Below are positions 59,453-64,000 of a stretch of DNA of 64,000 bases, piece by piece. Below the pieces are notes generated by a model. The model had not been told where the DNA came from. It made no database searches and worked only from the letters and a program-made list of their open reading frames with translations. The number at the start of each line of letters is the position of its first letter. Positions within the stretch are counted from its first letter, which is position 1. This DNA is from Vicinamibacteria bacterium (GTDB taxonomy: Bacteria; Acidobacteriota; Vicinamibacteria; Marinacidobacterales; Marinacidobacteraceae), in the NCBI GenBank assembly GCA_965199715.1, contig OZ241322.1:1440001-1504000 (forward strand). The letters are read 5' to 3'. Both the position numbers and the translations under genes were made by a program.

Positions 59453-60461
59453 CGTCCGCGCCCTCGAAGCGGTCGCCCGCCCGGTCCGCCTTGTTCACCT
59501 GACGGCCCCGCGCGATCGCCATCGCGCCGTCCGGAACGTCCCCGACCACGACCGAGCCGGCGGCGACGAACGCCCGCCGCCCGATGGAGACCGGCGCGAC
59601 GAGGATGGCGTTGCTGCCGACGAACGCGCCCGGTCCGATCGTGGTCCGGTGCTTGGCGCGCCCGTCGTAGTTGCAAGTGATCGTGCCGGCCCCGAGGTTC
59701 GCCCGGACCCCCACGTCGGCGTCTCCCACGTAGGAGAGGTGGGGCACGGCGGCGTTGCGCCGGATGCGGGCGTTCTTGGTTTCCACGAAGCCGCCGACGT
59801 ACGCCCCCTGGTCCAGCACCGTCCCCGGCCGGATCCGCGCGAAGGGACCGACCTTGGCGCCCGGCCCCACGTCCGCCTCGAGGAGCACCGAGTGAGTCTC
59901 GATCCGGGCGCCCGCGGCCACCACCGTGTCGTGGAGGCGGGTGAACTCGCCGATCTCGGCGCCGGCTCCGATCCGCGTCGCGCCGGTCAGCCGAACCGAC
60001 GGAGCGATCCGCGCCCCGGCCTCCGCCGCAACGCCGGGGTCGGCCCACAGTGTGGCCGGATCCTCGACGAGGACGTCGGCCTCCTGGAAGCGGCGGGCGG
60101 TGCGGGCGCGCGCCTCGCCGACGGCGCGGGTCCAGGTGACGGCGCCCGTGACCCGGGTCCAGCCGGCGAGCGGCTCGCCTTCGGAAGTCGCGGCTCCGGC
60201 GAACGCGAGCGCCTGGCCGAACTCGTTCACGACGCGGCCGCTCCCCCGCTCGGCGAGCCGGCGCACCGCGTCAACCGGGATTTCCGCGAGTCCGCCGTAG
60301 AGGGAAACGCCCTTCCCGCCCGCCGGAGCCTTGTCCGGAGTCAGGATCCGGCCTGCGCCGAGCGCCTCCACGGCGCGCCGGTTGGCCTCCGCCACGGTCC
60401 CCCCGAACCACGGCAATTGGCCGGCCCAGTCCGCTTCCGGGATCACGACGACGAAGTCCAT
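59445..60461 (-). CDS. GlmU-like protein: intact left-handed beta-helix acetyltransferase, degenerate N-terminal domain
   Basis: [54 protein letters not shown]; no LAAGxGTRM uridyltransferase motif; 338 aa. Confidence 0.8.
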   Translation of the reverse strand: MDFVVVIPEADWAGQLPWFGGTVAEANRRAVEALGAGRILTPDKAPAGGKGVSLYGGLAEIPVDAVRRLAERGSGRVVNEFGQALAFAGAATSEGEPLAGWTRVTGAVTWTRAVGEARARTARRFQEADVLVEDPATLWADPGVAAEAGARIAPSVRLTGATRIGAGAEIGEFTRLHDTVVAAGARIETHSVLLEADVGPGAKVGPFARIRPGTVLDQGAYVGGFVETKNARIRRNAAVPHLSYVGDADVGVRANLGAGTITCNYDGRAKHRTTIGPGAFVGSNAILVAPVSIGRRAFVAAGSVVVGDVPDGAMAIARGRQVNKADRAGDRFEGADDV

Positions 60462-60474
60462 GGGGGCCCGAATT

Positions 60475-61164
60475 CTACCGGGGCGCCGGTCCCACGACGA
60501 GGGTCAGCTCGCCCTTGAGCGACCGCGTTTCCACCCGTTCGGCGAGCTCGGCGAGCGTTCCGGACCAGTGCTCCTCGTGGAGCTTGGTCATCTCGCGCGA
60601 GAGCGAAGCCGGGCGGGGTCCGAGCCGCTCGGCGAGGTCGGCGAGCAGGCGGGCGATGCGGACGGCGGACTCGAAGAGAATCACCGAGCCGGGAGCGTTC
60701 GCCGCCCGGTCGAGGAACCGCCGGCGGTCGGCGCCGCGCCGCGGGGGCGGGAACCCGAGGAACGTGAACGCCTGCGCCGGAAGCCCGGAAACGGTCAGCG
60801 CGGCGAGCGCCGCCGAGGGACCCGGCACGACGCGCACCGGAACGCCGGCCTCGCGGGCGGCGCGCACCAGCAGGTAGCCCGGGTCCGAGACCACCGGCGA
60901 GCCGGCGTCGCTCACGAGCGCGACCGTCTCACCGGCGCGAAGCCGGTCCAGCAGCGCCGGAGTCCGCCGCCGCTCGTTGTGGTCGTGGTTCGAGACCGTC
61001 GGCGTCTCGATCCCGAACCGCTGGCGCAGCTTCCCGGTCACCCGGGTGTCCTCGCAGGCGATCACCGAAGCGGTCCGCAGCGCCTCGACCGCCCGGGGCG
61101 AGAGATCGTCCAGGTTCCCGATCGGCGTCGCGACCACGAACAGCGTCCCCGGGGCGGTTTCCAT
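60475..61164 (-). CDS. rsmI: 16S rRNA C1402 2'-O-methyltransferase RsmI
   Basis: [51 protein letters not shown]. Confidence 0.95.
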   Translation of the reverse strand: METAPGTLFVVATPIGNLDDLSPRAVEALRTASVIACEDTRVTGKLRQRFGIETPTVSNHDHNERRRTPALLDRLRAGETVALVSDAGSPVVSDPGYLLVRAAREAGVPVRVVPGPSAALAALTVSGLPAQAFTFLGFPPPRRGADRRRFLDRAANAPGSVILFESAVRIARLLADLAERLGPRPASLSREMTKLHEEHWSGTLAELAERVETRSLKGELTLVVGPAPR

Positions 61165-61199
61165 GGCGGCAAGGTAGCCGACGCCGCCAGAATTGCGGC

Positions 61200-62081
61200 G
61201 TGCGCTCCTGGTCCGGCCTTCCCGTCGCGGTCACCGGCGCCGCGGGTTTCCTTGGGAGCCATCTCGTGCGGCGGCTCCGGGAACTCGGGGCGGACGTCCG
61301 GGGTCTCGACCCGGCCGCGACCGACCCCGCGATCCGCCGGGCGACGATCGCCGAAGCGGCGGACGAAGTCGTCGCCGGCGCGCGCGTCGTCTTCCACCTC
61401 GCCGCCCGGAACGGACACCGGGCGAGCATGGAGGACACGCTGGCGGACTATGAGCACGGCGCCGAGGCGTCGGTGCGGCTGCTCGGTCCCGCGCGGATCG
61501 TGTTCACGAGCACGCGCCAGCTCTACGGAACCCCGCGGCGGCTCCCGGTCCGGGAGACCGATCCGCTCGACCCGCCGGACGCGCACTGCGTCCACAAGGA
61601 GATGGTCGAACACGTCGTCCGGCGCAACCCCGGCGGGCACGCGATCCTGCGGCTCACGAACTGCTACGGCCCGGGCATGGCGCTGGACGGGCCGAGCGCG
61701 GGCTTCGCCGGCCACGCCGTCGGCCGGGCGCTGCGGGGCGATGCGACTCGGATCCTCGGCGACGGAAAGCTGCTGCGCGACTTCAACTACGTGGACGACG
61801 TGGTGGAGGCGCTGGTGCGGACCGGGCATCCCGAGGCCAAGTCCGGGACGTGGAACCTCGGCGCGGAGCCAGTGACGCTTCTGGTTTTCGCCTACGAAGT
61901 CTGGAACGCGCTCGGCAGGCTTCCCCAGATCGAGTTTGCGGCGCTCCCGCCCGAGCTACGGGAGATCGCGGTCGGGAGCGTCCATTCGGACTGGTCCCGG
62001 ATCGAAGCGGACTTCGGCTGGCGCCCCCGGGTGGGTCTGCGGGAGGGCCTTGAGCGGACGGTGCGTTACGTCCGACTCTGA
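61200..62081 (+). CDS. NAD-dependent nucleotide-sugar epimerase/dehydratase
   Basis: VTGAAGFLGSH, STRQLYG, LRLTNCYGP, RDFNYVDDVV, GWRP. Confidence 0.85.
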   Translation: MRSWSGLPVAVTGAAGFLGSHLVRRLRELGADVRGLDPAATDPAIRRATIAEAADEVVAGARVVFHLAARNGHRASMEDTLADYEHGAEASVRLLGPARIVFTSTRQLYGTPRRLPVRETDPLDPPDAHCVHKEMVEHVVRRNPGGHAILRLTNCYGPGMALDGPSAGFAGHAVGRALRGDATRILGDGKLLRDFNYVDDVVEALVRTGHPEAKSGTWNLGAEPVTLLVFAYEVWNALGRLPQIEFAALPPELREIAVGSVHSDWSRIEADFGWRPRVGLREGLERTVRYVRL

Positions 62082-63356
62082 TTGAGTTTCAGGAGCTCGC
62101 TCAGGGCCTCGTCGTCGGAGATGTTCGCCGGCCAGCCGTAGGCGTCCGCGACTGCCGCGTCGAGCGCGTCGTGGCAGTCCCGGAGCCACTGCGGGCGCTT
62201 GTTGTAGAGGTTCGTCAGCGTGCGCTTCTGGACCAGCTTCGCCGCCTTGTCGTCCACCGGAACCGGGCGTTTTGGATAGCCCGGAACCGGCTCGGAGACC
62301 CACCGGATCCACTCCTCCGGTTGGAGCCAACGGTCCCGCTTCTGGACGAGGTCGCGGGCGGCGTCCGCGATGGCGATGGCGTGGGGGTCCCCGGTGCAGT
62401 TGGCGGCGGGGATGTCGGGGGTCAGGCCCTCGGGGAAGGGGAAGGTCTGTGCGCCCCGAGTTGGGCGCGCTTGTCCGGGTCCAGACCCCGCTCGAACAGC
62501 GTCCCCAGGATCGACGGGTCAATTTCGGACCAGTCGAGCCGCGCCGCCCGCAGCACGGTCTCGATTTCGGACTTCCTGAGCGGGAGCGCCGAGGCGTCGT
62601 CGAACAGGCCGCCGTTGAACCACTCCACCGTTTCGAAGCCGACGAAGCCCCCGGACTCCATGGCGGAGAAGAGCTGGCCGGCGAGCGCCTCGAACTGCGC
62701 GGGTTTCGCCTTCGCCGCCTCCAGCAGCCTCGTGAACAGGTCGTCGGGAAGGAGTCCCACGTCCTCGGCGAACATGCAGAAGACCATCCGGTTGACGAAG
62801 TGCGCCACGGCCATGGGGTCGTGGCCCCTGGCGCGCAGCGCCTCGGCGAGGCCCGCGAACGACTGGGCGGCGCGCTCGGTGAGCGCCTGCCGGCTGACTC
62901 CGGGACGAAGTCGCTCTGGATTCGAGAACGCCCACTTGAGCTGCTGTCGCTTCTTGGCGTCGAGGAGGTCGTCGAGCCCGAACTCATGCTCCTCGCTGAC
63001 CGTGTCGTTCCACGCGGTGCGGACCCGAATCCGCTCCATGTCGGAGACGATCAGCAGCGGCGGGTTCTCGAGCGACAGCGCGTACCGGCGAAGCTGGTCG
63101 TGGGCCGCGTCGAGATCCTTGTGCTTCCCCTTGTACTCCCACGCCAAGCGGTGGCGCTTCCAGACGTCGGCCCAGCCGTCGCCGCCCCGTCCTTCGCGGC
63201 GCCGCGCTCGAAGCAGTAGGACGCGCCCGTCGGGTCAGCCTCGGCCGGGGTCTTCTCGCCGAGGAGCCGACAGAGGTCGATGAAGTGTTCCTGCGAGCCG
63301 GACCGCTCCTTCAGCGTCGAGGCGCGCCACTTCTCGACGAATTCCAGCGGCTCCAC
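62066..63356 (-). pseudogene. Type IIL/IIG (MmeI-like) restriction-modification enzyme pseudogene with frameshift and large internal deletion
   Basis: N-terminus KW...ERSGSQEHFIDLC...YCFERGA; frameshift near 63188; GWADVWK...WEYK; helical spacer to LFERGLDPDKRAQLGAH; abrupt join near 62448 to TFPFPEGLTP...RTLTNLYN...LDAAVADAYGW; no methyltransferase motifs. Confidence 0.85.
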
Positions 63357-63401
63357 GGCGAATCGAATGCTACCGCCCGGGAGTGGCACACTCCGTCCAC
63401 G

Positions 63402-64000
63402 GTGAGGATTCCGTTCGGGCGGCTAAGAGTCGAGGGAGCCGCCCGAGAGGCGATCCAGCGCGTTCTCGACTCCGGCCGGTTCGTGCTCGGCCCCCGGGTC
63501 GAGGCCTTCGAGCGGGCGTTCGCGGCGTCGATCGGCCGTCGCTACGGAGTCGGCGTCGCTTCCGGCACCGACGCGATCACGCTCGCGCTGCGGGCGCTCG
63601 GCGTGGAGCCGGGCGACCGGGTGCTCACCAGCGCGTTCTCGGCCGGGTTCACTGCCGTCGGCATCCAGCGGGCGGGGGCGATCCCGGTGTTCGCCGACGT
63701 GGATCCGGACACGCTGTGCGTCCGCGCCGACGCCGTCCGGGCCGCTCACGACATCAGGGCGTTCGTCCCGGTGCACCTCTTCGGCCACGCCGGCGACGAC
63801 TGGCCGGAAGTCCTCGACGCAGCCCAGGGCGTCCCCGTGGTCGAGGACGCGGCCCAGGCGCACGGCGCGTCCTTCCAGGGCCGGGCGCTCGGCTCCTTCG
63901 GCGCAGCCGCCGCGTTCAGCTTCTATCCCACCAAGAACCTCGGCGGCCTCGGCGACGGCGGCCTCGTCGCCACCGACGATCCCGAAACCGCCGCCCGGCT
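63402..64000 (+). CDS. DegT/DnrJ/EryC1/StrS PLP-dependent sugar aminotransferase (runs off the window end)
   Basis: Manual translation from GTG 63402: RVLDSGRFVLGPGVEAFE, SGTDAITLAL, PVHLFG, VEDAAQAHG, SFYPTKNLGGLGDGG. Confidence 0.9.
   Translation, partial: MRIPFGRLRVEGAAREAIQRVLDSGRFVLGPRVEAFERAFAASIGRRYGVGVASGTDAITLALRALGVEPGDRVLTSAFSAGFTAVGIQRAGAIPVFADVDPDTLCVRADAVRAAHDIRAFVPVHLFGHAGDDWPEVLDAAQGVPVVEDAAQAHGASFQGRALGSFGAAAAFSFYPTKNLGGLGDGGLVATDDPETAAR

Overview
GC-rich (by eye about 70%), very tightly packed bacterial chromosome segment containing the replication origin. Gene order suggests Acidobacteriota or a similar lineage (inference from the split atp operon behind parB, the amidase-GerMN-rph-rdgB-tRNA Pro/Arg/His block and the elb cluster). 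The core block is atpC-D-G-A-H-F-F', parB-parA-parS-rsmG-yidC-yidD-rnpA-rpmH <- -> dnaA-oriC-dnaN-gyrB-gyrA. The most notable accessory content is: (1) an elbBCDE ether-lipid cluster (ElbD = acyl reductase + adenylation + carrier + acyltransferase), flanked by a PIP-synthase-like CDP-alcohol phosphotransferase, a lipid kinase and fabH, with inositol-3-phosphate synthase about 7 kb away, suggesting ether-linked inositol lipids; (2) an uncharacterised three-gene exported system (Ig-like repeat protein, Tat-exported alkaline-phosphatase-fold protein with altered metal ligands, small Tat-exported Zn-ribbon protein); (3) a glmU-glmS-like pair in which each gene lacks one catalytic domain and the second has no canonical start codon; (4) an ArsS radical SAM module without arsM; (5) a convergent Fe-S protein / Cys-rich protein pair around a sirtuin; (6) three apparently decaying defence genes (OLD-like ATPase, DUF499 remnant, MmeI-like RM pseudogene); (7) recurrent leaderless-type -10 boxes, several of which double as the upstream stop codon. 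No CRISPR array, rRNA, integrase or transposase was seen. All family assignments come from motif recognition by eye, not database searches.
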